Origin: Gemmatimonadota bacterium
Lineage (GTDB): Bacteria > JBHIER01 > G020348925
Reading direction: 5' to 3'
NCBI GenBank assembly: GCA_020348925.1
Contig: CP070758.1
Coordinates: 4,525,775-4,589,774 of the forward strand
DNA: 64,000 nucleotides
Shown: positions 10,294-19,977 of the stretch, in pieces
Layout of the letters: every line of letters begins with the position of its first letter
How positions within the stretch are numbered: the first letter of the stretch is position 1
Notes under the pieces: model-generated
Told to the model about the DNA's origin: nothing
Database searches by the model: none
What the model saw: the letters and a program-made list of their open reading frames with translations, nothing else
Made by a program: the position numbers and the translations under genes

Positions 10294-10884
10294 ATGAAGA
10301 AATTATTTCTCTCAAAAAGAGCCTTGATTCTTATAGGAGTCTTCATCATTATCCTCGGTAGCCTTGGTCTGGTGAACGTAGTTCGGAATGCGTATACAGG
10401 TCCTCTTCATTGTCAAGCGTGTCATTCTGAGCAGACCGAATTGTGGCAATCCTCTGGATCGCATAGTATCGAAACACAGTGCTCCGATTGCCACGCACCG
10501 TGGCCCCGTGTTTTACCTGCGAGTGTCAATGTTTTCAGGCAGTACAGGGATGCAATCATGCCAACTCATATGACGGCACGGGAGGAGCGTATCGGTGAGA
10601 ATTGCATGCAGTGTCATGCATCTGTCCTCGACGGATCGCATACGACGTCTGGGATTGTTGCCCTGAATCACCGGGTACATCTTGAAGAGGATATGATGTG
10701 TGTCGATTGTCATCGGAATATCAGCCATGACACAATGACCGCCCGGACATACAGACCACCGAAGAGCGTTTGCTACGAATGCCACCTTCGGGATATCGAT
10801 GTCGGCTCGCAGCAAGATCAATCCTGTATGCATTGTCATCGAATTATCCTGTCCCGTAAAGAAGCCCAGGATGCATTCGAATAG
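10294..10884 (+). CDS. Membrane-anchored NapC/NirT-like multiheme cytochrome c (6 CxxCH)
   Basis: N-terminal TM anchor; CQACH, CSDCH, CMQCH, CVDCH, CYECH, CMHCH. Confidence 0.88.
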   Translation: MKKLFLSKRALILIGVFIIILGSLGLVNVVRNAYTGPLHCQACHSEQTELWQSSGSHSIETQCSDCHAPWPRVLPASVNVFRQYRDAIMPTHMTAREERIGENCMQCHASVLDGSHTTSGIVALNHRVHLEEDMMCVDCHRNISHDTMTARTYRPPKSVCYECHLRDIDVGSQQDQSCMHCHRIILSRKEAQDAFE

Positions 10885-10908
10885 AATCGTTAACGGTGCA
10901 CATGAGCT

Positions 10909-12864
10909 ATGCTAAGTTTCTTTGATCCTCTTCTTATTCTTGGAGCCTTTTGTATTTGTGGGTACGGATTCTATCGCCGCGCCGCCTTGTGGCGGATCGG
11001 CACCGCTGAGCATCGAACGGACAACTTGGGAGCGAGAAGTCGTACCACCCTGTCTCAGATTTTCGGCCACGGCCGTATTCTCAGAGAGAGAGTTCCCGGA
11101 CTGATGCACCTCTTTCTTTTTTACGGATTCGTCATTCCCTTTCTTGTCGTCATCCTCTTTCAACTGTTCTTTTCACTGCCGCCTCCTTTCGGGAATATTT
11201 TTTCGCTGATTTTGGATTGTGTCGGGTTTCTCGGATTGGTAGGTATAATCATTGCCTTTATCAGAAGATATATTCAAAAACCCACTCGGTTGGAAAGCAC
11301 ACCCCAGGATGCCATCGGACTGGCCTTGATCTCGTGTATTCTTCTCTTCGGATTTCTTGTTGAGGGATTCCGGATGGGTTCCCTCGTAACACCGGCATCC
11401 GTCTGGTCTCCGGTAGGATCGGTGGTTGCCGGAGTCTTCCACGGACTTGGCTTGAGCAGACTCTTGCATGCGACCCTGCATGGCGTTGTCTGGCGGATCC
11501 ATTTTCTCCTCATCTTGGGATTCATTGCCTATATTCCGTACTCAAAGCTTTTTCACATTCTTGTGTCGCCTCTGAATATTCTGCTTCGATCCCATGGTCC
11601 GAAAGGAGCGCTGCAGTCGATAGACATCGAAACAGCCGAAACCTTTGGTGTCAGTACCATCAAAGAATTCACATGGAAACAGCTTCTCGATCTCGATGCC
11701 TGCATGCAATGCGGCCGCTGTCAGGATCGATGTCCTGCCCACCTGAGCGAAAAACCACTCACGCCCCGGAAGGTGATCAGTGACCTCAAGAACCATCTCC
11801 ATTCAGAAGGGCCAAAGGTCTTGAAGATGAAAGCCGAAAGTGGAAGTGATGCTGGGGCAGATCAAACACTTGTTGGCGAAACTATTGCCGAGGACGAATT
11901 GTGGGCCTGCACGACGTGCCGAGCCTGCATGGAGATTTGTCCGGTATACGTTGAGCACGTCGACAAAATTGTCGATATGCGGCGCTATCAGGTACTTATG
12001 GAGAGCCGGTTTCCCCAGGAGGTCGTGGCCACATTCAAAAACATGGAGACCAATTCAAACCCATGGGGGATCGGCTGGGCCGCCCGGGCCGATTGGAGTG
12101 AAGATCTGGAAGTGAAGACACTCTCTGAGAGTAGTGATGCAGACATACTGTTTTACGTAGGTTGTGCAGGATCTTTTGACGAGAGGTACAAACAGGTGGC
12201 GGTTGCCTTTGTCAAAATTCTGAGGGCAGCGGGCATCAACTTTGCCATTCTTGGGACAGAGGAGAAGTGCTGTGGCGACTCCGCCAGGCGTATCGGTAAT
12301 GAGTACCTCTTTCAAATGATGGCCATGGAAAATATAGAGAATATGAAAAATTATGGTGTCGAAAGGGTGGTTACATTGTGTCCCCACTGTTTCAACACAT
12401 TGAAGAACGAATATCCCCAATGTGACGGTCTTTTTCATGTTGTCCATTATACGGAGTTTCTGAGCGATTTGCTTTCAAACGGTCAACTTCGCCTCGTTAA
12501 AGAGTGTGATAGGACTATTGCCTATCACGATTCCTGTTACCTCGGCCGCTATAATGATATATATGATGCTCCCCGGAAAATACTCAGCATGATCCCCGGA
12601 ATAACAAGAGTAGAACTTGAGCGATGGGGAGCGAACAGCTTCTGCTGCGGTGCCGGTGGTGGTCGTATGTGGATGGAAGAGCTCATTGGCCAGCGCATCA
12701 ATGAGGTCCGGATCGAGGAAATTCTGAAGAAAAAGCCGAACATCATAGGGACTGCCTGTCCCTATTGTCTGACAATGTTTGAGGATGGCATCAAAGCCAA
12801 GGATGCTGAAGAACAACTCGTCGCTCAAGATCTTATAGAACTTATTGCCCGATCAATGGAGTAA
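10909..12864 (+). CDS. fadF: FadF/EtfD/EMO-type membrane Fe-S oxidoreductase (NarI-like heme b domain, 2x[4Fe-4S], two CCG domains); probable ETF:quinone oxidoreductase
   Basis: Membrane His residues in GLMH, WRIH and KLFH; CMQCGRCQDRCP and CTTCRACMEICP; EKCCGD, CPHC, YHDSCYLGR, FCCGAGGG, TACPYC; same cluster as ACAD and etfBA. Confidence 0.85.
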   Translation: MLSFFDPLLILGAFCICGYGFYRRAALWRIGTAEHRTDNLGARSRTTLSQIFGHGRILRERVPGLMHLFLFYGFVIPFLVVILFQLFFSLPPPFGNIFSLILDCVGFLGLVGIIIAFIRRYIQKPTRLESTPQDAIGLALISCILLFGFLVEGFRMGSLVTPASVWSPVGSVVAGVFHGLGLSRLLHATLHGVVWRIHFLLILGFIAYIPYSKLFHILVSPLNILLRSHGPKGALQSIDIETAETFGVSTIKEFTWKQLLDLDACMQCGRCQDRCPAHLSEKPLTPRKVISDLKNHLHSEGPKVLKMKAESGSDAGADQTLVGETIAEDELWACTTCRACMEICPVYVEHVDKIVDMRRYQVLMESRFPQEVVATFKNMETNSNPWGIGWAARADWSEDLEVKTLSESSDADILFYVGCAGSFDERYKQVAVAFVKILRAAGINFAILGTEEKCCGDSARRIGNEYLFQMMAMENIENMKNYGVERVVTLCPHCFNTLKNEYPQCDGLFHVVHYTEFLSDLLSNGQLRLVKECDRTIAYHDSCYLGRYNDIYDAPRKILSMIPGITRVELERWGANSFCCGAGGGRMWMEELIGQRINEVRIEEILKKKPNIIGTACPYCLTMFEDGIKAKDAEEQLVAQDLIELIARSME

Positions 12865-12975
12865 TTCCGGAATCATCCGTATCGTCCGTTAACACGGCCA
12901 GGACAGTGAACACTGTGTTCCTACCGCAGAGTGATGTTTTGCAACCAAAATCATCTTTCGCTTTGATGGTGACCT

Positions 12976-14259
12976 ATGTCAGCTCATAAACGTACCATCT
13001 TCCTCTGGGCACTCTACGATTTTGCCAACTCGGTCTATCCCGCTGTCATAACAGCCACAATCTTTGGGGTCTATTTCACCAGACAGATTGTCGGGAATGA
13101 AACAGGCCTCGGTGATCTGTGGTGGGGGCGGGTCATCTCAGTGTCCATGCTCTTCGTGGCGCTCTCGTCTCCATCATTGGGAACAATCGCAGATCGTGCT
13201 GGGATACGGAAGAGGATGTTACTGTTCTACACCTGTCTGTGTGTGGTCTGCGTAACACTCTTCACTACGATTCAACCGGGGATGATTCTGTGGGCCGTAG
13301 TCCTTGCGGTGCTGGCCAACATCGGATTTGAAGGTGCCCTTGTCTATTACAATGCCTACCTTCCGGATATTGCACCGACAGAGCGACAGGGTTCTGTTTC
13401 GGCAATAGGATTTGGTTTTGGGTACGCCGGCTCGGCTATTGGACTCCTGATCGCACTTCCCTTGGTGGCTCGCGGGCGATTTGAACTCACCTGGCTAACG
13501 GTTGCAGCGTTCTTTGTCCTTTTTTCTCTACCGTCTTTCCTTGGTCTTCCTCCGGATAGACGGACCGACACAGCAATTTACCGAGCAGCAATCGAAGGAA
13601 TTATAGGATTCAAGAAGCTTGGAGCTGATGTTTTAAGACTTCGAGATCTGCGGCGTTTCCTGCTGGCATTTTTTGTATATATTGATGGTGTCAATACAAC
13701 CATCTACTTCTCTGCAATATTTGCTTCAGCAACATTGGGATTCACGGATGCGGAGTTGATTTCTCTCTTTCTTGTTATCCAAATATCGGCTCTTGTCGGG
13801 GCGTTAGCGATGGCAAAACCGACCGATCTTTGGGGACCGAAAAGAGTCATTTCGATGTCGTTGATTTTATGGACGACGGTGTCCGTCAGCGCTTACTTTG
13901 TGCATTCGAAGGCATTGTTCTTTATCATCGCCGTGTTGGCAGGAATGGGGCTTGGTGTTGTGCAGGCAGCAAGTCGTGCCCTCATGTCGGCCTTGATACC
14001 AGAGGGCAAGGAAGCCGAGATGTTTGGGTTTTATGCATTTTGTGGCAAATCCTCGTCGGTTATTGGCCCACTTGTGTTTGGAGCAGTATCATACAGCCTC
14101 GGGGGCAATCAACGAGCTGCAATTTTTTCTGTCGCCGCTTTCTTTCTCCTCGGTTTTATATTGGTGCAGCGAGTCAGAGATCCGCTGCGAGCGATGCAGC
14201 AGTCACGGACTGGAGAATTGGAGTGTGTTTCGAGTACACCACGGAATCTTGAACGCTGA
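12976..14259 (+). CDS. MFS transporter, UMF1/Atg22-like family
   Basis: WALYDFANS, YYNAYLPDIA, EMFGFYAFCGKSSSVIGP; about 12 TM helices. Confidence 0.88.
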   Translation: MSAHKRTIFLWALYDFANSVYPAVITATIFGVYFTRQIVGNETGLGDLWWGRVISVSMLFVALSSPSLGTIADRAGIRKRMLLFYTCLCVVCVTLFTTIQPGMILWAVVLAVLANIGFEGALVYYNAYLPDIAPTERQGSVSAIGFGFGYAGSAIGLLIALPLVARGRFELTWLTVAAFFVLFSLPSFLGLPPDRRTDTAIYRAAIEGIIGFKKLGADVLRLRDLRRFLLAFFVYIDGVNTTIYFSAIFASATLGFTDAELISLFLVIQISALVGALAMAKPTDLWGPKRVISMSLILWTTVSVSAYFVHSKALFFIIAVLAGMGLGVVQAASRALMSALIPEGKEAEMFGFYAFCGKSSSVIGPLVFGAVSYSLGGNQRAAIFSVAAFFLLGFILVQRVRDPLRAMQQSRTGELECVSSTPRNLER

Positions 14260-14455
14260 TACTCTTCGTTCCCAGAATATCAAAGAGATTTCAGTTGCAT
14301 CGGGCAGCTGTTTTTCTTTACTTTTTAAAGTTGGAACGGAATTGATGTCCCATCGTTCTTAGTATAAGATATCATTTAAAATACGAATGATAAAACATTT
14401 CCGGTAGAACCGGATGTGATGAGATGATCTTTTTAATTGGATGAGGAGGTCAGGG

Positions 14456-14971
14456 ATGGCTGACGAAAAAACAACATTCGACAAGGAGTCAATTTTATTT
14501 ACCCAACTCGTTTTAAGTTTTCAAGCTTCTGCTATGCAGCAGATGGGAAAAATTAAGAATCCGTTCACAGACGCCATTGAGCGGAACATCTCGCAGGCGC
14601 AGATGTCCATTGATATGCTGACCATGCTGCAGAACAAGACCAAAGGAAATCTCACCGAGGAAGAATCGCGTTTTCTCGATCACGTGCTCTTCGAACTGCG
14701 TATGAATTACGTTGATGAGATAAAAAAAGATCAACAGGTAGCGGAAGAGAAAGAAGAAGGGGTGGATGAGGCTACCGAGGATGCGGGTGATGCAATACCG
14801 GAAAAAGACCATGAAGTGCTGAGAAAAGAGAAAAAAACCGTTGAGGATGAAGAGGCGGTTGAACCGGAACGAACCGAAGTGAAAAGCCAAGAAAAAAAAG
14901 AGAGCCAACGTAAAAAGCCGGCAGCAAGAGCGAAAAAGAAGAAGGCGGGGTCGAAGGAAAAGAAGCTATAA
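14456..14971 (+). CDS. DUF1844-like protein with charged low-complexity tail
   Basis: AMQQMGKIKNP...AQMSIDMLTML..KTKGNLT.EE...L...L.ELRMNYV; AGGAGGT RBS at 14444-14450; E/K-rich C-terminus. Confidence 0.8.
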   Translation: MADEKTTFDKESILFTQLVLSFQASAMQQMGKIKNPFTDAIERNISQAQMSIDMLTMLQNKTKGNLTEEESRFLDHVLFELRMNYVDEIKKDQQVAEEKEEGVDEATEDAGDAIPEKDHEVLRKEKKTVEDEEAVEPERTEVKSQEKKESQRKKPAARAKKKKAGSKEKKL

Positions 14972-15047
14972 AGCGTATTCAAGGTGAAACCTTCAAAACG
15001 GTTTATGAATCGAATAGAAGAACACAAACACAAGGATGGAGGTCATT

Positions 15048-16724
15048 ATGAGAAGACGTAGAATATCTGTAGTGGCAGCCTTGTTCCTCATCATCTGTTG
15101 CTTCACCGTCGGAGGGTTGGTCTTCAATCACATAGCCGCTGCACAGGGATTGATGGCCCAGATGAATCTCTTTTCCGCAGTTCTCCGCCTGGTGAAGACA
15201 TATTATGTGGATGAGGTTGATACCGACAAACTTGTTGATAATGCCATCAAGGGTATGCTCGGTACTCTCGATCCCCATACGCATCTCATCCCTCCCAAGC
15301 AGTATGAGGATATGGACGAGCGGATGATCAGGGGAAGTTACGAGGGCATCGGGATTGCCTTTGACATAGTCAACGGATACCTGACAGTGATTTCGCCTAT
15401 TGAAGGTTCTCCTTCCGACATGCTGGGGATCAGGGCTGGTGATAAGATTGTCAAGATTGATGATGAATCGGCTCTGGGGATCACCACCGACGAAGTGTTC
15501 GAAAAACTGCGTGGTCCCAAAGGAACAAGTGTTCACGTCTCCATAAGGCGAGAGGGGGAAAGGGAACTTCTTGATTTTAAGATAATTCGAGACGAAATAA
15601 AGATTAAGAGCATTCCTTCGGCTTTTATGATTCGACCGGGTGTGGGATACATCCGGATGAGTCGGTTCGCTCGGACAACCGGCCAGGATTTAGAGACGGC
15701 TCTTGACAGTTTGGAAACTCAAGGCATGGATCGACTCATCCTTGATCTCAGGGGAAATGCTGGGGGATTTCTCTCCCAGGCGGTTGAGATCGCTGATAAA
15801 TTTGTTCCCAAAGGAAATGAGATAGTCTACACCAAGGGAAGACACGAAAAGGCGGAGGAACACTATTACTCAACGGAAGAAGCAACGCATGCCATGTACC
15901 CACTCATCGTCATGATTGACAGAGGTAGTGCGAGTGCGTCAGAAATTGTTTCCGGCGCGGTTCAGGATCTCGATCGGGGTCTGGTCGTGGGACAACCAAG
16001 TTACGGCAAAGGTCTCGTTGAAAATCAGATGAAGTTGAAAGATGGCTCAGTCCTCATGTTGACCGTGGGTCGATGGTATACGCCGAGCGGCCGGCTCATA
16101 CAAAAACCGTATACCGAAAGTTATCACCCTGATATTGACGAAGAGAGTGATACCACAACGGCGGCTGATTCTTCCGAAGTCCTTCCTGTTTTTACGACCA
16201 TTAGTGGACGAGAGGTCTTTGGGGGCGGCGGTATTAAACCGGATATCGAGTTGGATCGGGATGAACGGTATAATAGTTTTGTGAATTCGTTGGAACGGGG
16301 CAACTATTTCTTCGATTTTGCTGCCGTTTTCGTTGGAGAGCATGATATGACGAATGACTTCGATACGTTTCTCGGACAGTTTGAAGTGACCGATGAGATC
16401 TATCTGCAATTCAGAGACTTTCTCGAAGAGAAGGATTTTCATTTTGAGAACGATACTTTTCTCAAGGGTGTCACTGTGGATGATTTCATCATCGATGATA
16501 TCAAAGCTCTTCTTGCCGAAAAGAAAGATAAGTATTTGGCAACTCATTTCGAAAACAATAAATTGTACATCCAATATGCTATCAAGCGGGAAATTGCCAA
16601 AGTCCTCTGGGGACTTGAGGAATGGTACGTCATCTTCGTCAATAGTGACCCGCAAGTGATGGCTGCGTTGGATCTCTTTCCAGAAGCTGAAGACCTCATG
16701 GCCGAGAGCAAAATGATTCGGTAG
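15048..16724 (+). CDS. ctpA: Carboxyl-terminal processing protease, S41A family (PDZ plus catalytic domain)
   Basis: LDPHT, GIGI PDZ loop, ILDLRGNAGG, GSASASEIV (Ser), YGKGLV (Lys), WYTPSGRLIQ, GGIKPD; signal peptide. Confidence 0.93.
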   Translation: MRRRRISVVAALFLIICCFTVGGLVFNHIAAAQGLMAQMNLFSAVLRLVKTYYVDEVDTDKLVDNAIKGMLGTLDPHTHLIPPKQYEDMDERMIRGSYEGIGIAFDIVNGYLTVISPIEGSPSDMLGIRAGDKIVKIDDESALGITTDEVFEKLRGPKGTSVHVSIRREGERELLDFKIIRDEIKIKSIPSAFMIRPGVGYIRMSRFARTTGQDLETALDSLETQGMDRLILDLRGNAGGFLSQAVEIADKFVPKGNEIVYTKGRHEKAEEHYYSTEEATHAMYPLIVMIDRGSASASEIVSGAVQDLDRGLVVGQPSYGKGLVENQMKLKDGSVLMLTVGRWYTPSGRLIQKPYTESYHPDIDEESDTTTAADSSEVLPVFTTISGREVFGGGGIKPDIELDRDERYNSFVNSLERGNYFFDFAAVFVGEHDMTNDFDTFLGQFEVTDEIYLQFRDFLEEKDFHFENDTFLKGVTVDDFIIDDIKALLAEKKDKYLATHFENNKLYIQYAIKREIAKVLWGLEEWYVIFVNSDPQVMAALDLFPEAEDLMAESKMIR

Positions 16725-16805
16725 CGAAGAGGTCATGTTTGATACCTTCAGGGGGGGTAGGAAATCCTTTGTGAATGGGGTTCACCCCTTCAGCGGTAAA
16801 CTTAT

Positions 16806-16838
16806 AAAAAAAGGGCAGCTTGCCAGCTGTCTTTTTTT
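16806..16838. terminator. Intrinsic terminator, probably bidirectional
   Basis: AAAAAAAGGGCAGCT-TGCC-AGCTGTCTTTTTTT hairpin flanked by A and T tracts, downstream of ctpA. Confidence 0.85.
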
Positions 16839-16885
16839 ATATTATTATTCTGCTACATAGGTTGGCGTTTGACATAAAATGAGAC

Positions 16886-16914
16886 TTGACATAGAGGATC
16901 TTGTATGTTATAAT
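16886..16914 (+). promoter_or_regulatory. Consensus sigma70-type promoter with extended -10
   Basis: TTGACA (16886-16891), 17 nt spacer, TATAAT (16909-16914), with TG at 16906-16907. Confidence 0.85.
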
Positions 16915-17155
16915 ATGTTCTGTTCGTTGTTTTTTCAGAATATTTGAGAAATAGTGAAATGTGGAGAATACATGCGAACACGGCTCGAGCAAGAATTTGT
17001 GTGAAGTTCTCACATTTGCTTCGGTGATGCTCTGAACTCGGATCGACGGGAAATAGAAGGCCAGAAAGAAGAGAGATGACATAGTGAGAAATCTCACAGA
17101 GCGATCGGCACTGTCGTATGTGAACAATACATCCTAACGTCCAAGGAGATTCCTA

Positions 17156-19411
17156 TTGCCGGTGGAAAAGATGTCTGATACTTCAAAGCAGAAAAACAAA
17201 GTTCAGGTGAAGAGCGAATCCCAGAGCGACCGTCTTTATTTCGCAGTTACAATTTGTGCAGCGACATTCTTGGTTCTCCATCTCATTGCGTCATTCTTCA
17301 CCACAGGAAGAACGTGGGGATTTCACCATTGGTTGTTTTTTCCACTCCCTGTGCGAATTTTGTTTTTTTCGACCATACTCATCTGTATTCCACAGGTAAA
17401 TCGGTACATTACCCAGCACCTATTGATCCCGCTGTTGGATAGTGTTGCCAAAAGAAGAGGCTTGAAGAAAATCCATGTGGCCGTTTTTCTAGCACTGGTT
17501 TTTTTTGTTCTCTTCTGGCTTTTCCGGAGTCAAACGCACTTTCTTGGTGATGGGTACATTCGACTCAGAAGTGTGGCAATAGGAAATCAATTCATCTGGG
17601 CTGAGCCCCTTGACAGCCATATTCATTATTTGGTTTACAATGCCCTCCATAGTGCATTCGGTTGGACGTCCGATAGAACCTATGCATTGGTTAGTTGTCT
17701 CATCGGTTCCCTCTTCGTCGTCGCTCTTGTTCCGTTCTCCTCGGTTCTCGTAAAGGATATCTCCAGACGCGTCTTCATTTTTTGTGCTGTGCTCTTGATG
17801 GGATCGGTTCAACTTTTCTTCGGATACGTGGAAGATTATACGCTCGTTCTTTTCTTACTCCTTATTTATATTTTTGTCTCCGTCTTTTACCTCCAAAAAA
17901 GATGCAGCCTTTTCTTTCCAGCTTTTGTGTTGTCCCTTGCTGTCTGTACCCATACATCGGCAATAATTTTTGTGCCGTCCCTCCTGTATCTCTTCATCTA
18001 CGAAGTGAAAAAGGGAAAGTCGAGAAAACGCTCTCTTCTGTCCCTGGGTGAAGTGGCGTGCGGAATTGCACTTCCCATCGTGCTTCTCCTGATACATGTT
18101 GAGCATGTCGGCTTCAGCCTGGATCATTTCAAAAAGGAATTTACGGCAGGAAGTCATATTTTGCCTTTTCTTGCAGTCAAGGATGATCCGAATGCTTTCC
18201 GCTATGGAATTTTATCCCTCACCCACCTGAGTAATATTACGAATGAGATCATCCTCGTTGCCCCTGTTGGTCTCCTCCTGGGGTTCTCTCTCCTTTTCAG
18301 GGGAGGGGAACTCAGAAGAAAGAACAACCCGGTTTCAATATTTCTTTTGTGGTTGGCTGTCTTAGCACTGGTTTACATTTTTTTTCTCAAGCCTGATAAA
18401 GGGGCAAGTCGGGATTGGGATCTTTTTGCCATCTGTAGTATTCCGTGGACGTTGTGCGTCGCCTATCTTTTCGCAATGTCTTCAATCGGGAAAGAGAAAT
18501 TTCTCCGAATGGGACTTATCCTTCTTTGTGTCGGTTTTTTTCATACATTTCCGTGGATCGTCGTGAATGCGAGCGAGGAAGTATCGATTGAAAGATTTCG
18601 ACTCTTAATGGAAAGAGATAGCAGTCTGAGTAATATAGCGTTAGCGGATGCCTTCGATGAACTCGCCATGTATTTTCGACAGAACGGAATGGAGAAAGAG
18701 CGTATTTATTACTGTAAAAAAGCGGCTGAAGTTCTTCCGACATCAAGGTATCAAAACAATTTGGGAGCATCCTATGTCGATAATGGCATGTACCGCGAGG
18801 CCATTGCTGTCCTCACGGAAATAGATGATAACAGCTCATATGCTGCTAATGCTCATTACAACATGGGCATCGCCTATTCAAAACTCAACAGATTAGACGA
18901 GGCGCTGGTAGAATATTTAAAGGCCGTGGAGATGAATCCCCAAAACGGAAATGCTTATTTTAACCTCGCGAGTACATATTTGAAACTGAACAAACTTCAG
19001 GAGGCGCTTTCAACCCTCCACAGGGTAAATCAGCTCAATCCAAATCAGATGAAAGTCATCTATAGTTTGGGTCATACGTATCTCCAGTTGGAGAATATTG
19101 AGGAATCCATTCCTTACTTTCAGAAGGCAATACAATTGAATCCGAATTATGCCGGTTCTCATTTTAACCTGGGAGTCGCCTTTTTCAAATTGAACAGATA
19201 TCAGGATGCACTCGAAGAGTTTCAAAAAGCCTCGCGGTTGGATCCAGAAAATGAGGAACCTCATTTTAATATGGGACTTACCTATTTGAAAATAGGTGAT
19301 GCAGAGAGTGCGGCATCCGAGTTCCAACAAGTATTGCAAAAGAATCCCGATTATCATGCGGCCAGAGTCATGTTGGAACAGGTGGAACAAGAGAAGACAG
19401 ACGATGAATAA
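17156..19411 (+). CDS. Polytopic membrane protein (GT-C/PMT-like N-terminal half) with C-terminal TPR array
   Basis: More than 10 hydrophobic helices with loop motifs HFLGDG, FGYVEDY and RDWDLF, followed by about 7 TPRs (e.g. AHYNMGIAY, AYFNLASTY, SHFNLGVAF). Start is TTG 17156 (AAGGAG RBS) or ATG 17171. Confidence 0.75.
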   Translation: MPVEKMSDTSKQKNKVQVKSESQSDRLYFAVTICAATFLVLHLIASFFTTGRTWGFHHWLFFPLPVRILFFSTILICIPQVNRYITQHLLIPLLDSVAKRRGLKKIHVAVFLALVFFVLFWLFRSQTHFLGDGYIRLRSVAIGNQFIWAEPLDSHIHYLVYNALHSAFGWTSDRTYALVSCLIGSLFVVALVPFSSVLVKDISRRVFIFCAVLLMGSVQLFFGYVEDYTLVLFLLLIYIFVSVFYLQKRCSLFFPAFVLSLAVCTHTSAIIFVPSLLYLFIYEVKKGKSRKRSLLSLGEVACGIALPIVLLLIHVEHVGFSLDHFKKEFTAGSHILPFLAVKDDPNAFRYGILSLTHLSNITNEIILVAPVGLLLGFSLLFRGGELRRKNNPVSIFLLWLAVLALVYIFFLKPDKGASRDWDLFAICSIPWTLCVAYLFAMSSIGKEKFLRMGLILLCVGFFHTFPWIVVNASEEVSIERFRLLMERDSSLSNIALADAFDELAMYFRQNGMEKERIYYCKKAAEVLPTSRYQNNLGASYVDNGMYREAIAVLTEIDDNSSYAANAHYNMGIAYSKLNRLDEALVEYLKAVEMNPQNGNAYFNLASTYLKLNKLQEALSTLHRVNQLNPNQMKVIYSLGHTYLQLENIEESIPYFQKAIQLNPNYAGSHFNLGVAFFKLNRYQDALEEFQKASRLDPENEEPHFNMGLTYLKIGDAESAASEFQQVLQKNPDYHAARVMLEQVEQEKTDDE

Positions 19412-19623
19412 GGTGCACTGTGTTGAAGTGCATGCCAGTGAAATCTTGGAGAAGAGGGAGATCCGTAGAGCCAAAGCTCTGTGGGCTGTTTCCTTAGAAT
19501 CGGGAAAAAGAGCTGAAAACTGTCTTATTGGGCGTAATTGTCCTCATGCCTTTTTTCCAAATGTATTTGTGATCGAATCTCTCAGGAGCAGTACCACATG
19601 AAAGTAGAGAAAGGAGAGCTGTG

Positions 19624-19926
19624 ATGTGGCATCGAAGGACCGTTATTGTACTTTCGCTATTGTGCTTTGTCTTCACGAATATGATGGGGTGTGCTCCGGC
19701 CGTGGTCGTTAAGGAACCGCCTGCTCCGAAACTTGAGACCAAACCTCCGAAACCTTTTCCCAGGGCAGTCTGGATCGATGGCCATTGGAAATGGAATTCG
19801 GCTGCGAACAATTTCCTCTGGGTTTCCGGCCGATGGGTAAGGGAAAAGGCGGGAAAAGTTTGGATTCAGGGCCATTGGAAAAGGACCTCAGGAGGCTGGA
19901 AATGGGTCAAGGGACACTGGCGATAA
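19624..19926 (+). CDS. WXXGXW/YXWGXW-repeat small putative lipoprotein
   Basis: Signal peptide ending MMG-C, Pro-rich linker, repeats WIDGHW, WVSGRW, WIQGHW, WVKGHW; AAAGGAG RBS. Confidence 0.8.
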   Translation: MWHRRTVIVLSLLCFVFTNMMGCAPAVVVKEPPAPKLETKPPKPFPRAVWIDGHWKWNSAANNFLWVSGRWVREKAGKVWIQGHWKRTSGGWKWVKGHWR

Positions 19927-19977
19927 CATACTTTTTCCACATCCCTCTTCTCATTGTAAAAATATACTGCGAATGAT

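Noticed and set aside
19296-19601. Small ORF between the TPR gene and the WXXGXW gene
   Set aside because: Overlaps the TPR gene end and has no motif or clear RBS.
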